The notes beneath the pieces were generated by a model. That model saw only the letters and a program-made list of their open reading frames with translations, was not told the origin of the DNA and did no database searches. 64,000 nt of DNA from Octopus vulgaris (lineage: Eukaryota): assembly GCA_951406725.2 (NCBI GenBank), contig OX597825.1:76074001-76138000 (forward strand), written 5' to 3'. Below are positions 26,097 through 39,830 of the stretch, in pieces; position 1 is the stretch's first letter, and each line of letters begins with the position of its first letter. The position numbers and the translations under genes are program-made.

Positions 26097-27522
26097 CTAA
26101 AGGAAAATAGAAAAATAGAAAATTATGTGTCCAGGAATTACATGAGTTTGGAGATTAGTCAATTTGTTCTTGATCTTGTAATTACAAAGATGAGGAATAT
26201 CTAATTTATCCATCCATTCAGCAATTCTATCTCTACTTCACATAAAGTCTTTTTTTTTCCCAAATATTGATAGCTTTATAGTCAAGCAAGACCGTGTTTA
26301 CAGGAGCTGAGCTGTTCAGATTTACTCGTTAAGAAATTAAAACAACATAGAAGAATTATATAAATTCACAAATAATGGCAGCAGGGAAGGAGCCTGGTCT
26401 TGTCATCTGAGTATATTCAACTTGAAAATATTACTCTATTCTAAATCATAAATTCATATAGAACTGAATGTAGAAACAGAGGTAGTGATGGAGTCTGGTA
26501 GATATAATATGTCTACATTTGGGTCGTATCCCTATTATATCCCATTTTGTGTCTACATAGGCTATCTACCCTGCCTTTTTATATACCATCTCACCTCTTT
26601 ATCAGCTCTGTCCCATTCATCTCTCTATTACTCACACTCAGTTCACCATTCATTTCTTCTAGTCACTCTGCTCTGGTGTATGTGTAACTAAGGATAGTAG
26701 TGAATCCTTCCTTTTCTTTGTACCAAGCAGCTAATGTAGAGATGCTGTCGGCTTTGTCTAGCCTCTTGTCTTTCAGATACTCACCCTCTCTCCTTACTCT
26801 GTGCCATTCAGCCTGTCTTATGAAAGATGACACTGGAACCATCTAGTCTCAATCCCACCTACAACCATCCCATCATTCCTTTCTATACAGTCACTCTTCC
26901 TTCACTCTTCTCTTCAGTCTTCTCACTCTTCTCTTCACCCACCGATCACTCTTCCTTCTCCTCTTCACCTTCTCTTCATCCACCTTTCTCCTCAGTCTTT
27001 CTGTTACTGCCACCATACACTTCTCCTTTACGCAAACACATCCTAGTTTCTCCCACCACCGCTCTATCATTCACCCGCTTTCTCACATTGCATTAAGTGA
27101 ACAGACACACAGCATAAACTAGGAAATCTCATTAATTTTGGTAATATGACAAAATGCAACTAGCGTACTTTTTAATTGGATTAGCAATTAACTGAAGATA
27201 GCATAGGGTGAAGATGACCTCTTAGTCTTATGAAGAACATGAGAGTCTCCCTATCATGTGTGTGTCCATGTAACTGATTACATTCTGCACAGAGGTGAGC
27301 TAGATATGGTGAGGTTTGTTGACTATTCTTTGCCAGAAAGTTGTCCAGTATCTCTGCACTTTCTAAGACAAGTGGAATGAAATTTCTCTCATCTACAACA
27401 CAAGTAAGGATTGACAAGAAGAACGCCCTGTTGTAAAGCAATGCCTTCGTAATAGGTATTCATCTAACTCATGCAATCATAGAAGAACAAATATATAGCT
27501 AACAAACTGATATATTTAAAGA

Positions 27523-28535
27523 TAGGAATGAAGCCAGTATGATCCGATGGATGTGTAATGTCAGTGTGCATACTCAACAGAGTGTAAGTACCTTGAGAGA
27601 AATGTTGAAACTAAGAAGCATCAGATGTGGTGTGCAAGAGAGATGACTGCGCTGGTATGGTCATGTGACGAGAATGGATGAGGTCAGCTGTGTGAAAAAG
27701 TGTCACATCCTAGCGGTTGAGAGAACCTGTGGAAGAGGTAGACTCAGGAAGACCTGGGATGAAGTGGTGAAGCACGACCTTCGAACTTTAGGCCTCACCA
27801 AGGAAATGACTACTGACCGAGACTTTTGGAAATATGCCGTGTGTGAGAAGACCCGGTAAGCCAAATGAGACCATAATCTCGTGGCCTATGCCAGGAGCGT
27901 AACCAGCCCACTTATGCATACCTTTTCCTTCTTTGGACACTAAAACACTGCTTGCGAAGACCTGTTGAGGCAAGTGAAATCAAAATCAAAATCAAATTCG
28001 ATGACTGGCGTCCGTGCTAGCAGGGTGCAAAGAGCACCATACGAGTGTGATCATTGACAGAGTGGCTAACCAGCTTCCATGCCAGTGGCACTTAAAAGGC
28101 ACCATTCGAGCATGATCATTACCAACGTCACCTTACTGGCACTTGAGCCCCGTACTAGTAGGGTATTAAGAGCACCATCCGAGCGTGATCATTGCCAAAG
28201 CGGCTATCTTGCCTCCGTGCCGGAGGTGCGTAAAAGACATCAATGAAGTGTGATCATTACCAGCATCGCCTTACTGGCACCCGTGCCAGTGGCATGTGTA
28301 AAAAGATTCGAGCAAGGTCGTTGCCAGTACCACCTGACTGGCCCCGTGCCGGTGGCACGTAAAAGCACCTACTACACTCTCGGAGTGGTTGGTGTTAGGA
28401 AGGGCATCCAGCTGTAGAAACTCTGCCAGATCAAGATTGAAGCCTAGTGCAGCCATCTGGTTTGCCAGCCCTCAGTCAATCGTCCAACCTATGCTAGCAT
28501 GGAAAGTGGACGTTAAACGATGATGATGATGATGA
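27523..28535 (+). mobile_element. RTE LINE 3' portion
   Basis: NEASMIRWMCNVSV..RKTWDEVVKHDLRTLGL, UTR repeats, (GAT)n tail into (GATA)n. Confidence 0.9.
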
Positions 28536-28559
28536 GATAGATAGATAGATAGATAATTA

Positions 28560-30120
28560 ACTTCTTTATTGGCCACACAGGGTTTAACACAGAGGGGACA
28601 AATACAATGTCGAGTTTTTCTTTTTGAGGTGGGTGAAAACAAAGTAAAAAAAAAAAAATAGGGACAACGATTGAAAAGGATCGAAATTGCTTGGGATATA
28701 CACAAAAAAAAAATCGAAATAGTACAAAAATTTCCCAAGAAATGGGGAGGTTTATCCGTTGAAAAAAAAACCTACGTAAAGACCATAGTAACCTTGGGAA
28801 ATAATGTCACATATTAACATATTTATTTACAAGTAAGTAATTCTCTGTTTTAAATTTTTTCCAGTTGATAGGATCATGCTCAAGGTGGCTTTGTCATTCA
28901 TACATGCCATCCTTGCTACATTTAGCCATCTGTTTTTGAAACATTCACTAGACAAAACTTGCTTCTCTACTCTCATCTTCCTTTTCAAGTGATACTTGAA
29001 AAAGTTGATGAGAGATTGATCAGATGTGTCCGTGTTTCTCGAGCCATATCTATAGAGCTTATCCTGAATGGGTAGCACTTCTCGGTAGCAATGCCAGGCC
29101 AGAGATCTCTGGAAGTTACCCATAGGTCCCGGCCCGAAAGTTGTCTGCTGGACAGCATGGGCTTGCTTCTCCAGGTGCCAAGCCACAAGCCCACCAACTT
29201 TTCCGGGTTGATTTTCACTCCTGTCATCTCTTTGTAGTCTTTCAGCGTCTCGCCAACCAGCTTGATCTGCTCGTGGCTAGACACTATGACGGTCACGTTA
29301 TCCGCATATGTGGACACACTCGTCCTGCACCCCAGTTCTCGCGGTATACCCCTCAGTGTCAGCAGCTTGCACAGTAGTGGCTTGAGAGTCAATACATACA
29401 GAAGTGATGAGAGGGGGCATCCCTGACGGACCAAACGTGCAATGTCAAAAGGTCTCAATAGATGCCCATTCATGCAAATTACTAAATGGATGCCTCTGTA
29501 CAAAGCAGCCATCTGGCTGCAGAATACAGGACCAAAACCGGCTGCTGAGGACAGCCTTCAAGTATTGATGGTCTACCCTATCGAAAGCTTTGGATTGATC
29601 TAAATTGATCAGGGCCCCACTCATAAAGATTCCTTAAATACTCTGTCTATGATATAGCACATCAGATGGAGGTTTTCATGGATGCTCCAGCCTGGCATGG
29701 TACACTTTTGCACCTTATTGACCAGTTTCTCGATTACATGCACCAACCTCTTGGCCAAAGTTTTCAAGTCTGCATTGAGTAGAGCGATGGGCTGAAAGTT
29801 ATCTATTACGTCCCCCTTGATTGGATCTTTCTTCAGCAGCATTACGGCTCCTCAGCTCACAAAATTGGGGATGCTCCCATTCTACTGCTAGTTGCTGTAC
29901 ACTGCTGCCAAGACATCTCCAAACAAGTCTGGCATACATTTGTAAATCTCATAGGGCAGACCATCCAAACCCAGCAATTTTTCCCTCAAGTATCCTGCCA
30001 TCGCATCCCTCACTTCCACCACCGTGATGGCACCTTCACAGCACTCTGCCTCTCTTGCCAAGAGTCGTGGCAAGCTGTGCAGGTAGACACTGAAGTCCAC
30101 CCTGAGTTCTCGCTCGCCAA
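28560..30120 (-). mobile_element. Decayed L1/Tx1-clade LINE RT fragment
   Basis: GLDGLPYEIY, NFQPIALLNADLK, LDQSKAFDRVDH, VRQGCPLS, YADN. Confidence 0.85.
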
Positions 30121-30267
30121 AAGTTACTGTTCCATTCTAGGTAGGTTCAGCAAAGAAAATGTTCTATTCAACTAGAGATAAATGTCATTTTAATTACACA
30201 TTTTGAAAAAGAGCTACTAATAGTTTCATGCTGTTGAGATACAATAATTTGGCAGATGTATATAACA

Positions 30268-31020
30268 TGCTGTGTGTCTCCATTTTTGAAAACCAGGACA
30301 CTAGTCTATGAGAAAACTTGAGAAAAATGGGAAACAAGAAGGTTGAAGCAAAAAGTAGAATGAGAAGACAGAAAAGTAGGAAAACTAAGAGCTTCATCAA
30401 CTTTGGCTGTAGAAATCATAATTAATCTAAGTTGAGTTGAATAATATAATGGAGAGGAGGCCAGAGCCTTTGAGATAGCGACTCAATCCAGATAGGGTGG
30501 TTTCCTCCATTTCAACAAAACAAACTTGTCCATGTGCCTGCATGGATAACCATATATGAGATTTGAAAACCAACTGCATGCCACATACAATCACAGGGAG
30601 AATCATGGAGAAATCTATGCCATATATGCATGGATCAAAGAGATGCAAGTTATGTCAAGTTAAAAGGTCACACATTCTTTTTAGATTCAAACACCACTGA
30701 ATTCCAGAACCAAAACTTTTAGCAAATGCATGCATATGGACAAGTTTCTTCTATCAAACTGGAAAACACCACCCTCTTCATATTGGGTAGCTATCTCACA
30801 GACTTTGGCCTCCTCTCTGTTATATTATTCTACGCCAGATTGATTAATCATGATTTCTACAAACAAAGGGAACAAAGACTTGGTTTCCTTACTTTTCTTT
30901 CTTTTTTCTCATTCTACTTTTACACGAACCTTCTTCATGTTTTTCTTCTCAGTTTTTCTCATATATTTTCATGTTTTCTAATAGATCAGCATTCTGGTTT
31001 TCAAATAAGTCACATGGTAT
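30268..31020. repeat. Old MITE-like element with ~280-bp imperfect inverted repeats
   Basis: 30268-30543 aligns to the reverse complement of 30726-31020; a further inverted pair at ~30190-30270 / ~32025-32110. Confidence 0.65.
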
Positions 31021-32429
31021 GTACTAAACCAGACAGATTTCTTGGAGACAAATGGCATCTTATAATAATACTCCTTGTCATTGCATTACTTAGCCTGTTG
31101 GTAATGTTTTCACATGATTAGAGAAAAAGAGGGAGAAAGAAAAGAGGGAGAGAGAAAACAAGGTAAAGAGAAAAAGAGGGGAGGAAAAAGAGAGAGAAGC
31201 ATCCATGACATGAGATGGAGAGAATGTAATTGTAACATTTTTACATGATTAGTTGAAAGGAAATAGAGGAGAAAGAAAGAGGAGAGAGAGAAAAGAGGAT
31301 AAGGCAAAGAGTGAGACAGAAAGAGGAAGGAAGAAAATGTGGGAGAGAGGGAAGAGTCCATGATGTGGGGAACAGGGAATGTAATATTTATTATGTGGTT
31401 GAAAAAGTTAGTTGAAGGCAGAGCAAACGGGTGGTGTTCTGATGGTGATGTTAAATAAAGGCAGAGAGAAAGCGAGAGGGGGGAGGGGAGATGAAGGAGA
31501 GATAGAGGGAGTGAGAGTGTGACACCAGTGGAGGAGGAGGAGATGGCAGTGGTGGTGATGGTGGTGGTGGTGGAGGTGGCAGTTGTGATTGGATAGTGAA
31601 AAGTGTATTGTTTTTTAATTGAACTAAGTTTTTATATATCACCTATCACTTAACACATGCACCTAAGTGCAATTCCGTGAAATATTCATGATTATTTACA
31701 TAGCAGATGTATGCAATTTAACTAAAGGTTGTATCATATGTATTGGATATTTTTTCTTTATGATAAAAATGGAAAAATAAAAGTGAATATTTATTTTGAG
31801 TGCAGTGAATTAAGTCTATAAATTTGTGCATAAAGTATATAAAGTGTATATACAAAGTGCATTACATAATCATTGTATTCCAGTTTCTTTTACATTTCAC
31901 TGAATAGCAGATGAGCAACTATCTTTCCATATAGACACAAGGTACACTTTCAGGTTTTTTGGATAAAGTTTTCTGAAATAACCCAATAGGTTTACCATGA
32001 ATTCCATGAAATATTTACAGATTTCACTTATGTTATATAAATCTGCAAAATTATTATATCTTTACAGCATGAAACTATTAGTAGTTCTTTTATATATTGT
32101 GTACATTAAAATCTCTCTCTGTCTCTCTCTCTCTCTCTCTATCTATGTATCTTTTTTTACCTCTGTTTCTTTCCCTCTAGCTCTTCCTTTTGGTCTCTTT
32201 TCCTCTTACTCTCTCTCTCGCCCTCACTCTCATTCTCTTGCCTCTCTCATCTCCTCCCTCTCTTTCTCTCTCTTCCTCTGTCTCTCTCTTCTCTCATTCT
32301 GGTTGGGTAGCCTCTATAGCAAGATACCTTTTTCTGCCTCTCTGTCTTTCTGTCACACCTTTCATCATCTGACATGAGATCTCCCAATCCAATGCCCTGT
32401 CCCTTCTCAAAATTCCTTGCCTTGCAAGT

Positions 32430-32638
32430 TACTTGGTGACTCTGTCAGTGCTGGTGCCACATAAAAAGCGAAGACCACACTGTGAAGTGATTGAAATTTG
32501 GAAGGGCATCCAGCTGTAGAAACCATGCCAAAACAGACACAGAAGCCTGGCGTTGTCTTCTACCTGGCCAACGCCTGTCAAACCATCCAACCCATGCCAG
32601 TATGGAAGGCGGACATTAAACGATAATGATGATGATGA

Positions 32639-32642
<4 letters not shown>
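32430..32642 (+). mobile_element. RTE LINE 3' end fragment
   Basis: gaagggcatccagctgtagaaac...(GAT)n followed by (TA)n. Confidence 0.8.
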
Positions 32643-32682
<40 letters not shown>

Positions 32683-32733
32683 AGATAAATAGATATAGGT
32701 ATAAGTATGTATGTATGTGTATATGTATATATA

Positions 32734-33998
32734 TCAGGCTGAGTAAAACGTAAGCAACGTTTTGCAACATGAAATTCATCACAATATATTTGAACAATGC
32801 AGAAATTTTATTCATCAAAGTAAGCACTATTACAATCAACATATTTTTGCTGAGTTACAAGTTTGTTAACATGAAAATCTGGAGTTCTGGAGCTGATAAA
32901 CTTTTTGGATGCACTTTCATCATCAGTTTGATTTTTGAACTCTTCTCACAGGAAACCTTCACAGTGCTTGAAAAAGTGGTTGTCAGTAGGAGACAGGGTT
33001 GAGGAATAAGCTGAGTGGAGAAGAACTTTGTAGCCAAATTTCCCCAACTTATGGAGCATCATTAGTGAAACGTGTAGTCAAGCATTGCCATGAAGAATGA
33101 TTGGCCCTCTCCTGCTGATCAGTCTGGAATGGAGGAGGAGCAGTTTTTCGTTTATTTTGGCAATTTCATGGCAATATGTTTCTGCAGTAATGGTCTTTCT
33201 GGATTTCAAGAAGTTATAGTGGATGAGTCTAGCAGTACAGCAGCAATCAGTCACCATAACCTTCTTTTTGAAGTGCTCAGGTTTAAGGAAAATTTTGGTG
33301 CTTCATTTTGGTCCAACCACTATGAAGAACGTATTTTATTATTGTACAGAACCTACTTTTCATCACAAGTTACAATGTGATTGAGAAATGGATCGGTCTG
33401 GTTACAGAGAAGAAGCAATGAGCCAGTTTCATATCTGCAAGTTTTATGATTTTCATTCCAATCGTGTGGTACCCATTTGTTGAGAATTTTGTATTTTCCA
33501 ATCGCATGCAAATGGTTGCAGGCAGTTTCCTGGCTACCTTGAAGTTCTTTTGCTAGTTTTCAAGTGGTTTTACATGGATCTTTCTCAATGACAATCTTTA
33601 ATTGACCATCATCAATAATAGATGGGCGTCCACTTTGCTCATGATCTTCAAGGCTCAGTTCTCCACTGTGAAATAGTTTAAACCATTTTTGAGCTGACCA
33701 CTCACTGGTCATTTCCTCACCAAACATTTTGTTGATATCACAAGCAGTTTCAGCTTCTTTATGCCCTTTTTTGAAGTTGAATAGCAAAATTGCTGAAATA
33801 GTTTGACAGTTCCATTTCAGATGATTGTAACAATGGTGAAAAGAATATCAATGTTACTTTATTGATGCATTTGAGAAAGTCAATGTCTGTATTATCAGAA
33901 AATTGCAATAAAATATTTTTAAAAAATTCAAAATTCTGCAAGAATCCAGTAAAAATTCTTCATGGTTCAAAACGTTGCTTACTTTTTACTCAACCTGA
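32734..33998 (-). mobile_element. Full-length but decayed mariner transposon
   Basis: ~30-bp TIRs (tcaggctgagtaaaacgtaagcaacgttttg / caaaacgttgcttactttttactcaacctga), TA flanks, ~1.26 kb; transposase remnants FKKGHK..WFKLF..LEDHEQSGRP, WVPH, YSSTLSPTD. Confidence 0.9.
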
Positions 33999-34622
33999 TA
34001 TATAAGGACGGACACACATATGTATTACATTGATCCCCAGTACTCAAATGGTAGTTATTTCATTAACCCCAAAAGGACGAAAGACAAAGTCAACCTTGGC
34101 AGAGTTTGAACTCAGAACACAAAGACAGAAGAAATGCTGCTAAGCATTTTGTCTGGAATGCTAACAATTCTGCTAGCCCACTGCCTTACATATTTGGCTA
34201 TATTGACTAAAGAATATTGCCAATGGTGAATAAAAAAATATTATATTTGGTAATATCCAACCAAGCACCTGTTACATCAGTGAAAGTAAAGAAAGAAAAG
34301 TTGAATTTTCACACCTAAAAGCTTACTGGAATATTCTAGAACTTCTTGGTGGGTTTATAAAACCCTGTTATTCAAGTTTCTTTGTGATTTTTTTCTTATT
34401 ACAGCCAGAGGCCATGTGTCTGTTGGCTCACATTTGATAAAATAGTTTTCATCCTTTTCATCCATATCTGATAATATAATTTTTAACCTTTAACCTTCTC
34501 TCTTAGAGATTGTTCCTGTAGTAACTGATAATTATATTCTAATTTATAAAGAAACATTTGACAATTTATTATTTCTTAATTCACACACATAATGTATTTA
34601 ACAAATTGTATGTTATGTATCT

Positions 34623-37323
34623 ATCATCATCATTATCATCATCGTTTAGCATCTGCTTTCCATGCTAGCATGGGTTGAACGGTTCAACTGGGGTCTGGGA
34701 AGCCAGAAGGCTGCACCAGGCCCAGTTTGATCTGGCAATGTTTCTACGGCTGGATGCCCTTCCTAACGCCAACCACTCCATGAGTGTAGTGGGTGCTTTT
34801 TACATGCCAGACGAGTCTGGCAAACGGCCACGATCGGATGGTGCTTTTTATGTGCCACAAGCACGTGGGCCAGGCGAGGCTGGCAACGGCCACGAACAGA
34901 TGGTGCTTTTTACGTGCCACCGGCACGAGGCCAGTCGGGGCGGCGCTGGCAATGGCCACGAACTGATGGTGCTTTTTACGTGCCACGAGCACGAGGCCAG
35001 TCGGAGCGGCGCTGGCAATGGTCACGTTCGGATGGTTCTCTTACGTGCCACCGGCACTGGTAAATCAGCTGCAATTTCCATTGATCGATTTCGATTCTGA
35101 TTTTCACTTGCCTCAACAGGTCTTCACAAGTAGAGTTTTGTGTCCCAAGAAGGGAAGGTATGCATAAGTGGGCTGGCTACATCCCATGTAGAAGGCCACG
35201 GGTTATGGTCTCACTTGTCCTGCCGGGTCTTCTCATGCACAGCATACTTCCAGAGGTCGGTCTATAGTCATTTCCTCAGTGAGACCTAAAGTTCGAAGGT
35301 CGTGCTTCACCACCTCGTCCCAGGTTTTCCTGGGTCTGCCTCTTCCACAGGTTCCCTCAACCGCTAGGGTGTGGCACTTTTTCACACAACTATCTTCATC
35401 CATTCTCGCCACATGCCCATACCAGCGCAAACGTCTCTCTTGCACACGACATCTGATGCTTCTTAGGTCCAGCTTTTCTCTCAAGGTACTTACACTCTGT
35501 TGAGTATGAATACTGACATTACACATCCATTGGAGCATACTGGCTTCATTTCTTGTGAGCTTACGCATATCCTCAGCAGTCACGGCCCATGTTTCACTGC
35601 CATGTAGCATGGCTGTTCATACACACGCATCATACAGTCTGCCTTTTACTCTGAGCGAGAGGCCTTTTGTCACCAGCAGAGGTAAGAGCTCTCTGAACTT
35701 TGCCCAAGCTATTCTTACTCTAGCAGTTACACTTTCAGCACACCTGCCCCAGCTGCTGACTTGGTCACCTAGGTAACAGAAGCTATCAACTATTTCTAGT
35801 TTTTCTCCCTGGAAAGTGACAGAAGTTGGTCTCAGAGCATTTTCAGTGTTTATTGTTCCTGAGCATCTGCCACATACAAAAACCATCTTCCTAGTTAGCC
35901 TTCCTTTGACATTGCTGCACCTCTTATGTGTCCATAGCTTACACTTGGTGCATCTTATAGAGTTTCTACCTACACCTTTTCTACAGATCGAGCAGGGAAA
36001 TCTACTTGAAGGCGTTTGTGATTTGTCTACCTTCCTACTTATTAGGACTTTAGTTTTAGCTAGATTGACTCTAAGGCCCTTCGATTCTAAACCTTGCTTC
36101 CACACCTGAAACTTCTCCTCCAGTTCTGATAGTGACTCAGCGATTAGAGCAAGGTCATCAGCATAGAGGAGCTCCCAAGGGCATCCTGTCTTGAATTCCT
36201 CCGTTATTGCTTGGAGGACTATGGTAAATAGGAGGGAGCTGACGACTGAGCCTTGGTGGACCCCTACCTCTACACAGAATTCTTCACTGTACTCATTGCC
36301 AACCCTCATCTTTCTAGCAGCGTCCCTGTACATGGCTCGCACAGCTCTCACTAACCATTCATCTATCCCTAGTATCCTCATTGACCACCAGATACGGGAT
36401 TGGGGAACCCTGTCGAAGGCTTTCTCCATGTCAACAAAAGCCAGGTACAGGGGCTTATCTTTGACTAGGTATTTCTCCTGCAGCTGCCTTACCAGGAATA
36501 TAGTATCAGTAGTACTTTTCCCTGGCACGAACCCAAACTGCATCTCATCTAAACTAACTGTCTCTCTAATTAGTTGGGCTATGACTCTCTCCATAACCTT
36601 CATCACCTGATCCAACAGCTTGATACCTCTGTAATTATTTGTATCTAGGGCGTCACCTTTACCTTTGTAGCAGTTGACTATTATGCTGCTACACCAGTCA
36701 TTGGGTATGACTCCTTCGTGTATCACCTGATTGACTATACGAGTGACTAGGCTATAGCCGACACTACCAGATATTTTGAGCATCTCTGCGGTGATTCCTG
36801 ATGGGCCTGGGGCTTTCCCTGTCTTCATGCTTCTAATTGCCTTAACTACCAAGGAACTGTCAACTCGGATAGCTGGTCCCTCTGTTGGGTCAACATTCGG
36901 TAGACTCTCTTTATCCCATTCATTTTCTTTATTCAGCAACCTTTCATAGTGGCGTCTCCAAACCTCTCTCTTTGCATCCTCGTTTAGCGCAAGTGATCCA
37001 TCTTCCATGCGAACACAATTCTCTCCTACCACATCACAATTCTCTCTCACACACTGTCTTGCAACGCGAAACACCTCCAGTCTTTGGTCCTCACGGCGCA
37101 GAACATCGGCAAATTTTTTCTTATCTGCTTCCCCTCTGGCTAGATAGACCTGTCTCCTAGTTTTCCTTTTGGCAGTCTGATACAATTCCCTGCTACCATC
37201 ATTCTTCCAGTCCTTCCAAGTCTGTCTCTTTTCTCTAATAGCCCTGTCTACAACACTGTTCCACCCATACCTTGGGACGAGAGAGGACTTTGCACCAGCC
37301 ACAGATCTGGTTAGTGGCGCTCA
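34623..37323 (-). mobile_element. 5'-truncated RTE-clade LINE, young copy
   Basis: 561-aa RT ORF 35617-37302 plus in-frame continuation 35233-35610 after a single TGA; 3' UTR repeats and (GAT)n tail. Confidence 0.95.
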
Positions 37324-38558
37324 GGGGTGGAGGGGGTGGAGGGGATGGAGGGGTGGAGGAGGTTGGAGGAAGCGGTGTGAGGAACTTTGACTAGCATAGT
37401 TGAAAGGGGACCGCAGTGTCGATAATAATTATTATTTGATAACTAATATAGACTTGGGGCAAAAGAGGTAACATCTGAGTTCGTCAGGCAATCTAACTAG
37501 TCCATAAACTAGGAAGAGGTTCTGTTAATCGTGTGAGCAAGAAAGTAGGTTTGAAAAATCTGAGAAAGTGAGATTTTAGTGGAAAGATAAGTGGCTATGA
37601 ACCGGGAGCAACAGGGAGACAAGACTAAACGAAAAACATATTTGAGCTAGACAGAGTAATGAGAGAATACTGAGAGAATACTGAAAGAAAGAAAGAAAGA
37701 ATAATATAATGAGAGAGTACTGAAAGAACAATATAATATGAGAGTAATCGAAGAATAATGAAAGAATAATGATGATACGTGCAAAGATAGAAGGTAGAGG
37801 AAAGCGAGGCTGAAAGAAGAATTTCTTAACTTTAACCGTTCATGATCTGTGCGTATTTCTTCATTACATATTTGGAAGCGAGTGGGGGGGGGTATATTAA
37901 AAGTGTTTAGTGTTATAAACAAACATTTTTGAATTAATTGCTTTCCCTTATTAATATTTCAACATGATAAGGTGGTGAGCTGGCAGAATCATTAGCACAC
38001 AGGGAAAATGCTTAGTGGCATTTCGTTCATTTTTATGCTATGTGTTCAAATTCCACTGGAGTTGTCTTTACCTTTCATCCTTTCAGGGGTTGATAAAATA
38101 AGTACTGGGGTCAATGAAATAGACTTAACTCCCTTCCCCAAAATGGGCTGGCCTTGTGCCAAAATTTGAAATCAATATTTCACCATGTTCACATAACACA
38201 ACTTACATAACTAATGATATTTCTTTTGACTGTGAATAAAAACAGTTTTTAGGGTGATTGAGACTACAGAATTGAAAAAGTGCTTTGCTATTATCCATTT
38301 TAATAAAAAACAAAACTTTAGACCTAGCATAAAGTGAACACAGAAAAGTGATGTTGAGTGATTCATCCAAATCATCTACTTTCTAAAAAGAAGTTATTAA
38401 TACATATCTGTGTGTTTTACTGAATTATATATGTGCATACATGTCTGTAACATATCTCATTTACTCAAATCCAGAAACCCTGCAAACAAATACTACATTG
38501 AAGTCAAGTCAACCACTTATACTCCTTTGAAACTAAAAAAAAAAAATAAATTACTCAC

Positions 38559-38770
38559 AATTGTGTCTAACCAAAAATTTCCATAGTCAAAACTCGATAA
38601 CTCTATTGTTGAATTTGTATTCATTTCCTTTGGAAGGAAGAATGATATATTTGATGTTCTAGAATTTGTTCTAAATCTTATATAGCGTGTCACATCAGGT
38701 TTTATTTGGAAAGACTTAGGATAAAAGTAATTCATCTCACTGAATAAAACTGCAATGTTCCAACGTACCC
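38559..38770 (-). CDS. Host gene exon (long type, phase 1 to 0): VRWNIAVLFSEMNYFYPKSFQIKPD...IELSSFDYGNFWLDTI
   Basis: Acceptor ctattaccttctag|, donor ATT|gtgagt, 212 nt (3n+2), within ORF 38517..38831. Confidence 0.85.
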
Positions 38771-39569
38771 CTAGAAGGTAATAGAAAAATCTTGACATTA
38801 ATGGCAACAAAATTTCTAAATTAATAAACATAAAAGAATAATTGTTATGTAAGGAGGGAAATTAAAAATGAAATTATTAGAATATGATTGGAAAACATTT
38901 CACCATAGATTTATTACATTTCTTTTCATTTACAATTTATTTAAATTTGATGTCAAAAATTTTATAAACTTTGAAGAGAATTTGAAAAAGTGCTTTTTTG
39001 GAACAGCAGATCTCAAAGCACACACACATAAAGTTATAAATAAGAGTATGTAAATGTTAGGTTGGAAATCCCTTTTGGATAAAAAAATAAGTGAAAGGCT
39101 GTCTTAGGACTCAATCTAATCTCCCCCGTAGACTTGACAGATGTTCTACCACTGGACCAAAGCAATCCTTCAAACTTTTATGTCCATTTTAGAAGCTTTA
39201 TTCTTACCAATGAAAATCATATGTTGTTGATGTCATAATAATTTTTCTATAAACTTTTGAGAGAATGTGAATTAATTCTTATTTTCAGAATACCTCAAAG
39301 CCTTTGGCTAATTCTATCCAAAAAGGTTTTTCAATGCAATATTTACATGCTAAATTTCTGAACTGGATAGGAAAAATCTTGAGAAAATATTAAAAAGTTT
39401 ATTAAAAATATTAGGATTTCATTAAAAATCATGTTTGTTAGGAAGTATCTATATATATACACAGAAAATTATAAGTTCAAAAAGGTCATATTTTGGTGGT
39501 GTATATATATACACAGAAGGAGATATATTTAGGAGTTTACAAAGAATTTGAGATGAACTGACCTGTTTC

Positions 39570-39830
39570 ACCCTTTTATCGTTTTCAGAATGTACTAAGG
39601 AGGAAGATATTTTTCAAGCCCTGCCTGAGAATTTTGAAAAGGTTACGATTTCGTGGAATTCTTGTATTGGAATTTGCATGGATGGTGCCCCAAGTATGAC
39701 AAGGAAAGTGAGAGGCTTGGCAGCAACCATCAGAAAGATAAATCCAAATATTATATCAATGCACTATTTTATACACAGAGAGACATTAGTCTCCAAGACC
39801 CTTTGTGTTGATGAGGAAATGAGAGTTTGT
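39570..39830 (+). mobile_element. hAT (Charlie/Buster-like) transposase fragment
   Basis: CIGICMDGAPSM..HYFIHRETLVSK matches the hAT CTDGA..HCxxH motif. Confidence 0.75.

Larger units (their letters stand above)
24113..26571. repeat. Tandem segmental duplication (~1.2-kb units, 24113-25356 and 25357-26571), each carrying one copy of a host exon
   Basis: Near-identical intron flanks (24473-24790 vs 25673-25997; 24900-25356 vs 26115-26571); junction at a (TA)n tract. Confidence 0.9.

Noticed and set aside
34315-34538. Possible extra long-type host exon on the minus strand (AG at 34539, GT at 34326 or 34314, 3n+2 length; LSVTTG and IILSDMDEKDENYFIKC look module-like)
   Set aside because: Stop codons in all frames; at best a dead pseudo-exon and may be chance
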